The notes beneath the pieces were generated by a model that was not told where the DNA came from, made no database searches, and was given only the letters and a program-made list of their open reading frames with translations. A stretch of 43,474 nucleotides of DNA, taken from NCBI GenBank assembly GCA_040389345.1, contig JAZKAE010000003.1, positions 1-43,474 on the forward strand. The letters run 5' to 3'. Source of the DNA: Patescibacteria group bacterium (lineage in GTDB: Bacteria; Patescibacteriota; Minisyncoccia; Phycocordibacterales; Zambryskibacteraceae). A program made the translations under genes and the position numbers. How positions within the stretch are numbered: position 1 is the first letter of the stretch; each line of letters opens with the position of its first letter. Of this stretch, positions 1-8,952 are shown piece by piece.

Positions 1-92
1 GCTTCTATGGCCTCGATGATCTTCTCACGAGGAATACCGCGGACTTCTTCGAGTTCACCGAGGACGCTATTGATGACTTTAAGGTCGAACAT
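1..92 (-). CDS. nusA: Transcription factor NusA, first ~30 codons only (gene runs off the left edge)
   Basis: Own translation of the minus strand from ATG at 92 gives MFDLKVINSVLGELEEVRGIPREKIIEAIE. This resembles the conserved NusA N-terminus (compare B. subtilis ..LEKEKGISKEIIIEAIEAAL). The call rests on about 30 aa only. Confidence 0.55.
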   Translation of the reverse strand, partial: MFDLKVINSVLGELEEVRGIPREKIIEAIE

Positions 93-120
93 ATGTGTGT
101 TGTATTAAATCTTTTACGAA

Positions 121-146
121 AGAAGTCCGCCCGGAGGCGAACTTCT
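121..146 (-). terminator. Imperfect hairpin downstream of the recombinase gene (possible terminator)
   Basis: agaagtccgcc-cgga-ggcgaacttct forms an 11-bp stem with one mismatch. The following minus-strand tract is only partly T-rich. Confidence 0.3.
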
Positions 147-216
147 CATGCTCACTATTTACCTTATAACTATACCAAAGAGATTCTCAATTTGTCAACA
201 TAGCTTAAAAACGCTC

Positions 217-1173
217 TCATTTCCTCCTTGAATGGAACTTTTGGTGGGTATCTCTAAGGGCTTTGTCGGTCACGTGGGTGTAGATCTGGGTCGTCGAGAT
301 ATTTGCATGACCAAGCAGCATCTGGACCGATCGGAGGTCGGCGCCGTTTGAGAGGAGGTCTGTGGCAAACATGTGCCTGACCACGTGGGGAGTCACTCGC
401 TTCGAGATCCCGGCCTTGGTCGCATAGTGCTTGATGATCCTTTGAACCGAGCGGGGAGTAAGGCGAGGTTCTGTGGCTAGCTTCTTAGCTTTTTGGCTTT
501 CTAGCTGTTTAGGAGAGTCAACGCGGACAAACATCGCATCATCCATGTCCTTTCTCTTATTAAGGTACGCTTTCACTGAATCCTTGGCCTCTGGGGAGAG
601 GAACACCACGCGGATCTTCTCGCCCTTGCCTCGGATAGAGAATTCATCCGATGTAAGGTCGAGGTCTCGAGAGAGGGAACAAAGCTCAGCCACGCGCAGG
701 CCTGTGGAGAAAAGAAGTTCAAGCATAGCCTTATCTCTGAGACCCTGCAGTGTGGCCGTATCTGGGGCATCGAGGAGGCGCATGAGTTCTTCCTTAGTAA
801 TAAGGTCAATATGTCTCTCGCCAACCTTAGCAAGCTCGATCACCTCAGGAGAGACGGTCTTGATGCTCCTTTTGGCCAGATATTTAAGGAAGGCTCTAAG
901 GGCAATAAGGTAGTAGTTCTGGGTCTTTTTCTTTAAGGTCTCGTGGCCAAAATTTGATGCCCGCTCACGGGTAGTCTGTCTGTTGAGCCACAATCTGTAC
1001 TCTCTTATAAGGTCAGGGGTAATATCTCCGGGCTTACTGATCTGGGCAAACTCGATAAATCGGGTGAGGTAGTGGTTATAGTTCTCAACGGTCTTCAAGC
1101 TCCGGCCACGTTCGATCTCTGTATATTCAAGAAACTCGCGTTTGAGCCGTTCAAGCTCAGAAGAATTGGTCAT
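217..1173 (-). CDS. Tyrosine site-specific recombinase, XerC/XerD family
   Basis: ORF 217..1182. Catalytic C-terminal motifs are visible (VTPHVVRHMFATDLL, LLGHANISTTQIYTHV with the nucleophile Tyr). An N-terminal SAM-like core-binding domain is present (LKTVENYNHYLTRF). The start is set at ATG 1173 (MTNSSEL) because ATG 1182 lies 1 nt after a TGtTATAAT -10. 1182 remains an alternative start. Confidence 0.85.
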   Translation of the reverse strand: MTNSSELERLKREFLEYTEIERGRSLKTVENYNHYLTRFIEFAQISKPGDITPDLIREYRLWLNRQTTRERASNFGHETLKKKTQNYYLIALRAFLKYLAKRSIKTVSPEVIELAKVGERHIDLITKEELMRLLDAPDTATLQGLRDKAMLELLFSTGLRVAELCSLSRDLDLTSDEFSIRGKGEKIRVVFLSPEAKDSVKAYLNKRKDMDDAMFVRVDSPKQLESQKAKKLATEPRLTPRSVQRIIKHYATKAGISKRVTPHVVRHMFATDLLSNGADLRSVQMLLGHANISTTQIYTHVTDKALRDTHQKFHSRRK

Positions 1174-1183
1174 GTCGCACATT

Positions 1184-1192
1184 ATTATAACA
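1184..1192 (-). promoter_or_regulatory. Extended -10 promoter element TGtTATAAT for the recombinase gene
   Basis: The minus strand reads tcaaggggTGtTATAATaatgtgcgacATG, with 10 nt between the -10 and ATG 1173. Confidence 0.4.
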
Positions 1193-1216
1193 CCCCTTGA
1201 TTAAAAAACCCTTGTA

Positions 1217-1225
1217 TGCTATCGT
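1217..1225 (+). promoter_or_regulatory. Extended -10 element TGcTATCGT, 6 nt upstream of the rpsO ATG
   Basis: gtaTGcTATCGTatttccATG. There is no Shine-Dalgarno in the 6-nt spacer. Confidence 0.4.
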
Positions 1226-1231
1226 ATTTCC

Positions 1232-1504
1232 ATGATTTCAAAGACCAGAAAGCAGAACGCCATCAAGGCAGCCCAGATCCACGATAAGGATTCGGGTTCT
1301 GCACCTGTGCAAATTTCAATACTGACCAAGCGCATCGAGGAGCTCGCAGCTCACTTGAAGAAGAACGCGAAGGACAATCATTCACGACGAGGACTTTTGG
1401 CCATGGTCGCAGACCGACAGGCTCATATGAAATACCTTGAAAAGAAAGACCCCAAGCAATACAGCGCTATCATAAAGAAACTCGGTCTCAAGAAGTCTGC
1501 GTAA
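1232..1504 (+). CDS. rpsO: 30S ribosomal protein S15
   Basis: 90 aa. SGSAPVQISILTKRIEELAAHLKKNAKDNHSRRGLLAMV is the typical S15 pattern. Confidence 0.93.
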   Translation: MISKTRKQNAIKAAQIHDKDSGSAPVQISILTKRIEELAAHLKKNAKDNHSRRGLLAMVADRQAHMKYLEKKDPKQYSAIIKKLGLKKSA

Positions 1505-1542
1505 AGCGTTTAGCCTTACGTTCAGCTAACCCACTATTTTAA

Positions 1543-2106
1543 ATGACAGTTATTAAACACAAGGCCCAACGAGTAGGCGTATTCATCGATACCCAAAACA
1601 TCTATCACTCGGCCAAAAACCTTTACCACTCTAAAGCCAATTTCGGAAACATCCTCAAAGAATGCATTGATGGACGAATCCTCGTCCGAGCTATCGCCTA
1701 TGTGGCTTCGACCGAAGGAGGAGATGAGAAAGCATTCTTCGGCGCACTTGAGAAAGCGGGCATCGAGACCCGCACCAAGCCTCTCCAGATATTCGCGGGA
1801 GGAGCAAAGAAGGCCAACTGGGACATCGACATGGCCATGGACGCGGTCAAGCTCGCCCCAAAACTCGATACCATCATCCTCATCACCGGCGACGGAGACT
1901 TCGTCTCTCTTATCGAATACTTACAGAACACTCACGGCACACAAGTCGAGGTAGTCTCGTTCGGCAAATCTTCTTCATCCAAACTTATGGAAGCAGCAGA
2001 CGATTTCCTAGACCTCGATGCTAATCCAAAAAAATATCTTTTGAGCTTTGCTGACATGAAAACTCGAGAACGGACTCCTAGATACACAAAAGATACGTTA
2101 GAATAG
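1543..2106 (+). CDS. NYN/LabA-like (PIN-like) domain protein
   Basis: VGVFIDTQNIYHSAKNLY ... ILITGDGDFVSLIEYLQ..GTQVEVVSF fits the NYN-domain pattern. Confidence 0.7.
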   Translation: MTVIKHKAQRVGVFIDTQNIYHSAKNLYHSKANFGNILKECIDGRILVRAIAYVASTEGGDEKAFFGALEKAGIETRTKPLQIFAGGAKKANWDIDMAMDAVKLAPKLDTIILITGDGDFVSLIEYLQNTHGTQVEVVSFGKSSSSKLMEAADDFLDLDANPKKYLLSFADMKTRERTPRYTKDTLE

Positions 2107-2110
2107 GGGA

Positions 2111-3187
2111 ATGAATCCCGACCTCGATCCTTCACGAGCTCCCGAAGATCCAAACGCGCCTCGTCTCAAACAGATCCGCACCTTCCAAGGAGATGTGGCG
2201 GCCGCTTTGCATACCCAAGGCGAGTCAGTTATTTCCATTCAACAAAAAGAAGTGGAGCGAACACTTGATCGGGAGCGACAGAAAGAAGCTCAGGAAGCTG
2301 TAAAGAACGAGATCGAGAAGATGTCCATGGTAACTCCTGCATCAGGACTTGAGGTCCCAGCTGGATTTGTGCCACCCAAGGCCGAAACTCCTGCCAAAGA
2401 ATCCGCGAACATGCAGCCCCTCACTATTGTTCCTATCGAGAGGCCTGTCCCCGTGACCCAAGTGACTTCCGAAGAGATAGTTGCGCGCAAAAAGATCCTC
2501 TATCTTGCCCTTGGAACTCTGCTTCTTCTTGTGATAGGAGGCGGGGCCGGATGGTATGCATACAAGGGATACATAACCAAGACCGAGGTCCCTGTGGTCA
2601 TGGACGTTCCGAACAAATTCCTGGCCTATGAATCAATCGTGAATCTGAACGGTCTTGCCTTTAAAAAAGATTCTCTCGTTGAAGTTGTTACCGCAGAAAG
2701 AATGAGCAACGCAGCAGGTACCAAGCAGATCGAGCTGCGACGAGGAGATGCAATCGATTCTCCAGTCATGAACACTGAGACATTCCTCGCTCTCATGGAA
2801 TCTCATGCACCGAGCAGCCTTATACGCGCACTTGATCCACTCTTTATGCTCGGGCTTACTGGCTCAAACCCCAGGCATACATTTATTATCGTGAAGCTTG
2901 ATTCGTTTGAGAATGCATACCCGGGCATGCTCAATTGGGAGAAAGATCTTCCGGGGGATCTCTTGCCCCTCTTTGCCTCAAAAGAAGTCGTGAGTACTAT
3001 CCCTGAAGGACAGATCTGGAGCGACGTCACCATACAAAATAAAGACGCTCGTGTCTTGAAAGACCCAAGCGGGCAGATCGTCCTTATATATTCGTTCTTC
3101 GACAACAATCGGCTCGTCATCACCGACACTGAAAGTACTTTGCGAACGATCATTACCCGCCTGAATTCCGAAAAGCTCGCCAGATAA
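2111..3187 (+). CDS. Hypothetical single-pass membrane protein
   Basis: 358-aa ORF preceded by AGGGGA. It has one hydrophobic helix (ILYLALGTLLLLVIGGGAGWYAY) after a charged N-terminal region. No recognisable family. Confidence 0.6.
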   Translation: MNPDLDPSRAPEDPNAPRLKQIRTFQGDVAAALHTQGESVISIQQKEVERTLDRERQKEAQEAVKNEIEKMSMVTPASGLEVPAGFVPPKAETPAKESANMQPLTIVPIERPVPVTQVTSEEIVARKKILYLALGTLLLLVIGGGAGWYAYKGYITKTEVPVVMDVPNKFLAYESIVNLNGLAFKKDSLVEVVTAERMSNAAGTKQIELRRGDAIDSPVMNTETFLALMESHAPSSLIRALDPLFMLGLTGSNPRHTFIIVKLDSFENAYPGMLNWEKDLPGDLLPLFASKEVVSTIPEGQIWSDVTIQNKDARVLKDPSGQIVLIYSFFDNNRLVITDTESTLRTIITRLNSEKLAR

Positions 3188-3228
3188 GACCGGCTGGCTA
3201 AACCCTGGAATTTTGCTAAAATAGACCT

Positions 3229-3588
3229 ATGCCTATAGATACAGAATACTTCAAAAAGAAGCTCGAAGCAGAGAAAGAAGCCCTTGAAGGCGAGCTCCAG
3301 AAGGTTGGCAGGAAGAACCCTGACAATCCTTCTGATTGGGAAGCTCTTCCCCCAGAGCGCGACACTTCTCAAGCAGATGAGAATACCGTGGCTGACGGTA
3401 TCTCGGACTTTGAGGACAACAATGCGATCGTAAACACCCTTGAATCCCGCTACAAGGACGTAAAGAGCGGACTCGACAAGATATCCAAGGGCGTATTCGG
3501 TACCTGCCAAGTATGCAAGCAGGAGATCGATCATGAGAGGCTTGATGCCAACCCTGCCGCTCGCACCTGCCGCGAGCACATGAACTAA
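3229..3588 (+). CDS. TraR/DksA-family zinc-finger protein
   Basis: A coiled-coil-like N-terminus is followed by the C-terminal finger CQVCKQEIDHERLDANPAARTCREH. Confidence 0.7.
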   Translation: MPIDTEYFKKKLEAEKEALEGELQKVGRKNPDNPSDWEALPPERDTSQADENTVADGISDFEDNNAIVNTLESRYKDVKSGLDKISKGVFGTCQVCKQEIDHERLDANPAARTCREHMN

Positions 3589-3599
3589 ATGGATGCGCT

Positions 3600-5144
3600 A
3601 TGAGCTTCTCCAAAGTCTATAGCGCTCAAACGATAGCCCTCACCGTAAACACGATCTCTGTCGAGACTGACATCTCGAGGGGATTATATGCATTCTCGAT
3701 CGTCGGTCTGCCAGACAAAGCGGTCGAAGAGGCCAGAGACCGGGTCAGTGCAGCCATAAAGAACTCCGGCTTCACCTCCCCAAAATCCAAGAATCAAAAA
3801 ATAGTTATCTCACTAGCCCCCGCTTCTGAAAAGAAAGAGGGGGCTTCCTTTGATACGGCGATCGCCCTTTCATATCTTGTATCCTCAGAAGAAATACACT
3901 TTGATCCTGAGGGAAAAATATTCCTCGGCGAGCTCTCGCTTGATGGGACCCTGCGTCCAGTCCGTGGAGTACTGCCCATCTCGCGTTTTGCCAAAGAAAA
4001 AGGGTTCAAAGAATTATATGTACCGCTTGAGAACGCCGAGGAAGCAGCGATCATTTCAGGGATAGATATATACGGCGTGAAAACGCTTAAAGACCTCCTT
4101 TCGCATTTAGAAGGCACAAAGAAAATAGCGCTATCAAACCAAACCGTCTTGGAGCGGCCAGAGACATCTTCTCTCGTTGATTTTTCTGATGTTAGGGGAC
4201 AGGAACGAGCCAAGCGAGGACTCTTGATCGCGGCAGCGGGCGGGCACAATGTGGCCATGTACGGACCACCAGGCACAGGCAAGACCATGCTTGCCAAGGC
4301 GTTTGCAGGCATCCTCCCTCCACTCTCCTTTGAAGAATCTCTTGATGCGACCTCGATCCATTCTGTGGCTGGCGTGCTTTCAGGATTTGTCACAGAACCT
4401 CCGTTTCGCGCTCCGCATCACACCTCATCATATGTATCGCTTGTCGGAGGAGGAACTACACCCAAGCCCGGAGAGATCACCCTCGCTCATCGAGGAGTAT
4501 TGTTCATGGATGAATTCCCTGAGTTCGAAAGGCGAGTGATCGAAAGTTTGAGGCAGCCTCTTGAGGATAAAGTGATCTCCGTGGCGAGAGCCAAAGGTAC
4601 GGCACGTTTCCCCGCAGATGTGATGCTTGTCGCAGCCATGAACCCCTGCCCATGCGGAAATTATGGCTTTCGTGGCAAGCCTTGCATCTGTACGCCCACT
4701 TCGCTTCAGAGATACAGGAGAAAGATGAGCGGTCCGATCATCGACCGTATCGACATCTGGCTTGAGGTGGATCGCATTTTGCCAAGCGAACTTTCAGGAT
4801 CAGAGGAAGGAGCAAAAAGCGTCTATTTTAGAAATTTAGTGGCCGATGCGAGAAACATCCAACGCGCACGGTTTAATTCATCTATGCAGGGCGGGGGAGA
4901 GAAAAATACATTGTCGAGAAATGCTGAGATGAGTGCCCGAGACCTCGTAAACTTTATAGACCTCGGTCCAGAAGCCAAAGCCACTCTTAACCTTGCAGCA
5001 GAACGACTTGGATTCTCTCCGCGCGTGTATCATAGGATGCTGAAAGTCGCGCGCACGATCGCCGACCTCGATAATTCGCCCGAGATCTCTCGCGATCATA
5101 TTCTTGAAGCAGTAGAATACAGACCTAAAAAGTTTGATGTATAA
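3600..5144 (+). CDS. comM: Mg-chelatase-like AAA+ protein YifB/ComM
   Basis: 514 aa. Walker A MYGPPGTGKTMLAK and Walker B VLFMDEFPEF are present. The N-terminal Lon-like domain and C-terminal RVYHRMLKVARTIADL are typical of ComM/YifB. Confidence 0.88.
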   Translation: MSFSKVYSAQTIALTVNTISVETDISRGLYAFSIVGLPDKAVEEARDRVSAAIKNSGFTSPKSKNQKIVISLAPASEKKEGASFDTAIALSYLVSSEEIHFDPEGKIFLGELSLDGTLRPVRGVLPISRFAKEKGFKELYVPLENAEEAAIISGIDIYGVKTLKDLLSHLEGTKKIALSNQTVLERPETSSLVDFSDVRGQERAKRGLLIAAAGGHNVAMYGPPGTGKTMLAKAFAGILPPLSFEESLDATSIHSVAGVLSGFVTEPPFRAPHHTSSYVSLVGGGTTPKPGEITLAHRGVLFMDEFPEFERRVIESLRQPLEDKVISVARAKGTARFPADVMLVAAMNPCPCGNYGFRGKPCICTPTSLQRYRRKMSGPIIDRIDIWLEVDRILPSELSGSEEGAKSVYFRNLVADARNIQRARFNSSMQGGGEKNTLSRNAEMSARDLVNFIDLGPEAKATLNLAAERLGFSPRVYHRMLKVARTIADLDNSPEISRDHILEAVEYRPKKFDV

Positions 5145-5168
5145 AAAGATGCCGATCATTTCGGCATC
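5143..5168 (-). terminator. Intrinsic terminator overlapping the NUDIX stop codon
   Basis: The minus strand reads gatgccga-aatga-tcggcatc followed by ttttta. The hairpin contains the last codons M-P-K-stop. It lies between the convergent comM and NUDIX genes. Confidence 0.5.
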
Positions 5169-5593
5169 TGGATTCTCTCCCTGATCGCAATGAGGCCCTT
5201 GCGCGTCTGAGGAGTGAGGTCGTACGTAAGTGCTTCTTCGTAAGTCACCCACACGCAGGCATCATGATCCTCTTCCAGGAGGACAGGATCTCCTCTGGAT
5301 TCATCATGCGCTTGCGTAAAGAACGTGAGGAAGGTGGTTCCCGCACAGGGACCTTCTGACGGGACAGCACGATCCACCTCAATGAACTTATTCTCGACAA
5401 CTACGTGCTTGAGGCCTGTTTCTTGTAGTATCTCCATATCTACAGTGTCGTAGCAACTCTCTCCATCCAAGCACTTGCCTCCAGGACATTCCCATTGACC
5501 CTGACCAGTCGCATTGTGCATGGCCCTCCTCAGAAGAAGGAGCTTCTGGCTGTTATGCGACAAGAGGGCGCACCGTGCTACGCGTATTTCCAT
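5156..5593 (-). CDS. NUDIX hydrolase
   Basis: Nudix box GGKCLDGESCYDTVDMEILQETGL. A canonical GGAGGA lies 5 nt upstream of the ATG. Confidence 0.85.
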   Translation of the reverse strand: MEIRVARCALLSHNSQKLLLLRRAMHNATGQGQWECPGGKCLDGESCYDTVDMEILQETGLKHVVVENKFIEVDRAVPSEGPCAGTTFLTFFTQAHDESRGDPVLLEEDHDACVWVTYEEALTYDLTPQTRKGLIAIRERIQMPK

Positions 5594-5704
5594 GAGTCCT
5601 CCAAGGACGATTCTATGGAGAGGCTACGCTCCGGACAGACGTTTGTCAAAGCCAATAAAAAACCGCCTAGCATGCGCTGGACGGTTTTCTTTTACGAACT
5701 TTGA

Positions 5705-6652
5705 TTAGAATGGATTCTTTGCTCCACGAACCTCGAAGTGAAGGTGAGCACCGCTTGTCTTTCCGGTCATACCCACGGCACCGATGACCTGTCCTTGAGT
5801 GACCGTTTGTCCAACCACAACTTTATTCGTAGACATGTGAGCGTAGAGGGTCTGGGTGCCATTGGCATGGCTGATAACTACATATGTTCCGTATCCTCCA
5901 TTGTAGCCACCGCTTCGAGAGATGATGACCTTTCCTGTAGCCGAGGCCATGATCGGAGTCCCAACTGGCGCTCCAAGGTCAACGCCATTGTGCCCGTGGA
6001 TACCCTGAGTCTTGTGACCACCAGAGATAGGCCTCATAAAGTAGCCGGCGACAGAAGGATAGTTTGAACCAGTAGGCTTCACAGAGCCCGATGAAGCTGG
6101 AGCAGCGATCTCGCCGTCTGGGACGATGATCACATCTCCGGGCACGAGCTTATCAGACACTGCCACGTCGTTGAAAGCGAGGATATCATTGAGGTCTGCA
6201 TTGTATTTCTTGGCAATAGACTGGAGCGTATCGCCTGATTTGACCGTGTGCTTTACACCCGAGATAGGCAAGATGACGAGCTCTTGGCCTTCTTTGATCG
6301 TCGAGTTCTTTAGATCATTTGCCCACATGATGGTGTTTGTAGTCACACCGAACATCTTGGCTATGGCAGGAAGGGTATCGCCCTTTCGTACTATATATAC
6401 CGAGATCTGGCCTGTGCCTGATTTGCCTGCTTCAGTAAAGATCTCGCCCTGATCGCCTTGGGCTGAGAGAGCGCTGTTGTCTATGATCGCAAGCTTAGGA
6501 GAACTTGCAGGGACTGGAGTTGAATTTAAGTGTCCTTCAAGGAGAGCCATGGTCTGCGAATTCTTGGACTCCACAACAAGAGGAGCTCTGGAGAATTTCA
6601 CCCCCTGAGAACGTGCATGAGCAAGGATGGGGAGAGCCCCAAGAACGAACAC
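5705..6652 (-). CDS. LysM-domain M23 family metallopeptidase (peptidoglycan endopeptidase)
   Basis: Two LysM repeats (GDTLPAIAKMFGVTTNTIMWANDL and GDTLQSIAKKYNADLNDILAFNDV). M23 motifs HGHNGVDLGAPVGTPI and GAHLHFEVR are present. The start is GTG at 6652 and is uncertain (see findings). Confidence 0.88.
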   Translation of the reverse strand: MFVLGALPILAHARSQGVKFSRAPLVVESKNSQTMALLEGHLNSTPVPASSPKLAIIDNSALSAQGDQGEIFTEAGKSGTGQISVYIVRKGDTLPAIAKMFGVTTNTIMWANDLKNSTIKEGQELVILPISGVKHTVKSGDTLQSIAKKYNADLNDILAFNDVAVSDKLVPGDVIIVPDGEIAAPASSGSVKPTGSNYPSVAGYFMRPISGGHKTQGIHGHNGVDLGAPVGTPIMASATGKVIISRSGGYNGGYGTYVVISHANGTQTLYAHMSTNKVVVGQTVTQGQVIGAVGMTGKTSGAHLHFEVRGAKNPF

Positions 6653-6967
6653 GCCGACGACGATGGTCGAGCGGATAAAAGAGGCTATATAAGGGCTACG
6701 TTTTCCAAAAGAGCGGGAACTCGGAAGCCTCTTTCGGTTGGTTTTTTTAGAAATAACGTCGGGTTAAACTTTTAGATGTCAGTCGTTCGGTCGTAACTGT
6801 CGTGCTTCAGGAGTCCACCTATTATACCAATAATAGACCTAGCGCGGTACCCAAACCCATGGTCTTATTGGCGAGCGTTAGAGCCATTTTGACGTAGTTG
6901 AGCCATATTTTGGCGCTCATCTATCCTAAATCTAGAGCAGTGGCTTAACTGAGCCACAAAATAAGCA

Positions 6968-6976
6968 TGTTATAGT
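6968..6976 (+). promoter_or_regulatory. Extended -10 element TGtTATAGT upstream of pcrA
   Basis: gcaTGtTATAGTtactaacaccATG. The spacer is 10 nt with no Shine-Dalgarno. Confidence 0.35.
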
Positions 6977-6986
6977 TACTAACACC

Positions 6987-8951
6987 ATGAATACCGATCC
7001 TTTATCCACACTTAATGAGCGCCAGAGGGAGGCCGTCCTCACGACCGAAGGGCCTCTTTTGATCCTGGCGGGAGCGGGAGCAGGCAAAACCAAGACCATC
7101 GCCGAACGCATCAGGCACCTCGTCCGCCAAGGCACAGCTCCCTCGTCGATCCTGGCCATCACCTTCACGAACAAAGCGGCCAAAGAGATGCGAGAGAGGG
7201 TCTCCAAGATGCTTTCTGGTGACCGAGATCTGAACAAACCAGTGTCGATGAACGAACGTCCGTTCGTCTCCACCTTTCACGCACTCGGCGTCCACATAAT
7301 CAAGGAACAATCGTCAAAGCTCGGGCTCAAGCGCCACTTCACCATCTTTGACCGCGACGACTCAAAAAAAGCAGTGAAGGAAGCGCTCGAAAAACACGGC
7401 TATGATCCAAAGACCCATGATCCGAACAAGATCCTCGGCACTATCTCAAGAGAGAAAGGTAAGGGATATGAGGCAAAAGATTTTGACGGAAAAAAGGAGC
7501 GCGGACAATTCATGGATATCGTCGGGCTTGTCTGGAACGAATATGAGCGGATCCTTAAAAGAGACAACGCGCTCGACTTTGATGATCTTCTCTTGAAGAC
7601 GATGATCCTCTTGAAAACGGATGCGGCGGTGAGAAATTATTATCGAACTATCTGGGACTATGTTCACGTGGATGAATACCAAGACACGAACGGCGTACAG
7701 TATGAGATCACAAAATTATTGATAGGAGATAAGCAGAACATCTGTGTGGTGGGGGACATCGATCAAAATATCTATTCATGGCGAGGAGCAGATATCAAAA
7801 ACATCCTGGCCTTCGAGAAAGATTACCCGGAAGCCAAGGTTATACTCCTTGAAGAAAATTACCGCTCATCCAAAACAATTCTCGATGCAGCAAACGCCAT
7901 CATCGAAAAAAATAAAATCCGCCGCAAAAAAACGCTCTTCACCTCGCAGGCCCTTGGATCAAAGATCGGGATATTTCAGGGATTCGATGAAGTAGCCGAA
8001 GCTGAATTTATCGCCACAAAAACTGAAGACCTCATCAAGAAGGGCTCTGATCCTTCCGAGATCGCCGTACTCTACAGAGCGAACTTCCAATCTCGCGTAC
8101 TTGAAGAAGCCTTCATGCAACACAGGTTGCCGTATCAGCTCCTTGGGACAAAATTCTTTGAACGTAGAGAAATTAAAGATATCCTTTCATACCTTAAAGC
8201 CGCACTCAATCCAGACTGTCTCGCAGATGTGAAGCGGGTGATCAATGTCCCTGCAAGGGGGATAGGCAAGACCACCATAGCCAAGCTCTTCTCTGGATTC
8301 GATGAAGGGATCACAAGCGCCACCAGAAAAAAGATCGACGACTTTTATGAATTACTCAAAGCGATCAAACTCTCTGCAGAAACAAACCCTCCGTCGCAGA
8401 CCATTGCGACCATTATCCTTACGTCGGGCCTTGAGAGGGAATGGAAGGAGGGCAAAGCTGAAGACCAAGAACGCCTTGAGAATGCGTACGAACTCGCAGC
8501 CTTTGCAGGCAGGTACGACAGCCTTACGCCCCTTGAAGGCATCGAGTCGTTCCTCGGTGATGCGGCTCTACAGAGCGATCAGGATGAGATGAAAGAAGAG
8601 CAGAAAGCCGTCCGTCTCATGACCGTCCACGCATCCAAGGGACTTGAGTTTGATCATGTGTTCATCTCAGGCCTTGAAGACGGACTATTCCCACATCAAA
8701 AAGTGACCAGAGAAAACATCTCCCCCGAGGAAGCAGAAGAGGAAAGGCGTCTGTTCTATGTGGCTGTCACGCGAGCGCGGAAAAAAGTATTCCTCTCGTA
8801 TGCTCAAGTGCGTATGATCTTTGGCCAAAGAGAAGTAAATGTCCCTTCAGAATTCGTCTTCGATATCCCTGAGGAACTGACAGAGGAGGAAACGTATGAT
8901 GAAGAGAACAGCTGGCGCCGAAAGCCGCTTCTTGATATACCTTTTGACTAG
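6987..8951 (+). CDS. pcrA: ATP-dependent DNA helicase, UvrD/PcrA family
   Basis: 654 aa. SF1 motifs AGAGAGKTKT, HVDEYQDTN, VHASKGLEF and YVAVTRARK are present. Confidence 0.92.
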   Translation: MNTDPLSTLNERQREAVLTTEGPLLILAGAGAGKTKTIAERIRHLVRQGTAPSSILAITFTNKAAKEMRERVSKMLSGDRDLNKPVSMNERPFVSTFHALGVHIIKEQSSKLGLKRHFTIFDRDDSKKAVKEALEKHGYDPKTHDPNKILGTISREKGKGYEAKDFDGKKERGQFMDIVGLVWNEYERILKRDNALDFDDLLLKTMILLKTDAAVRNYYRTIWDYVHVDEYQDTNGVQYEITKLLIGDKQNICVVGDIDQNIYSWRGADIKNILAFEKDYPEAKVILLEENYRSSKTILDAANAIIEKNKIRRKKTLFTSQALGSKIGIFQGFDEVAEAEFIATKTEDLIKKGSDPSEIAVLYRANFQSRVLEEAFMQHRLPYQLLGTKFFERREIKDILSYLKAALNPDCLADVKRVINVPARGIGKTTIAKLFSGFDEGITSATRKKIDDFYELLKAIKLSAETNPPSQTIATIILTSGLEREWKEGKAEDQERLENAYELAAFAGRYDSLTPLEGIESFLGDAALQSDQDEMKEEQKAVRLMTVHASKGLEFDHVFISGLEDGLFPHQKVTRENISPEEAEEERRLFYVAVTRARKKVFLSYAQVRMIFGQREVNVPSEFVFDIPEELTEEETYDEENSWRRKPLLDIPFD

Positions 8952-8952
8952 C

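Noticed and set aside
217-1182. The tyrosine recombinase as a marker of a prophage or mobile element
   Set aside because: It is flanked by nusA and rpsO with no cargo genes or repeats. The domain pattern fits the housekeeping XerC/XerD dimer-resolution type.
2803-3579. 258-aa minus-strand ORF spanning the 3' end of ORF 2111-3187 and most of the DksA-like gene
   Set aside because: It is entirely antisense to two well-supported plus-strand genes. It has no motif, no start context and a low-complexity sequence. This is a typical shadow ORF.
3794-4393. Long antisense or alternative-frame ORFs inside real genes. Examples are 3794-4393(-), 473-913(+), 12008-12535(+), 15136-15552(-), 18616-19122(-), 20016-20456(-), 31090-31530(+), 32096-32440(+) and 35691-36086(-).
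   Set aside because: Each lies within a gene carrying clear family motifs on the other strand or frame (comM, xer, VirB6-like, VirB4-N-like, pilin-hydrolase, ORF 19504, pilB, polA). None shows motifs or translation signals of its own.
6822-6920. 32-aa hydrophobic minus-strand mini-ORF (MSAKIWLNYVKMALTLANKTMGLGTALGLLLV) in the 334-bp M23-pcrA spacer
   Set aside because: It has an AGGA 3 nt from the ATG, which is too close. At this size it cannot be distinguished from chance without conservation or ribosome-profiling data.
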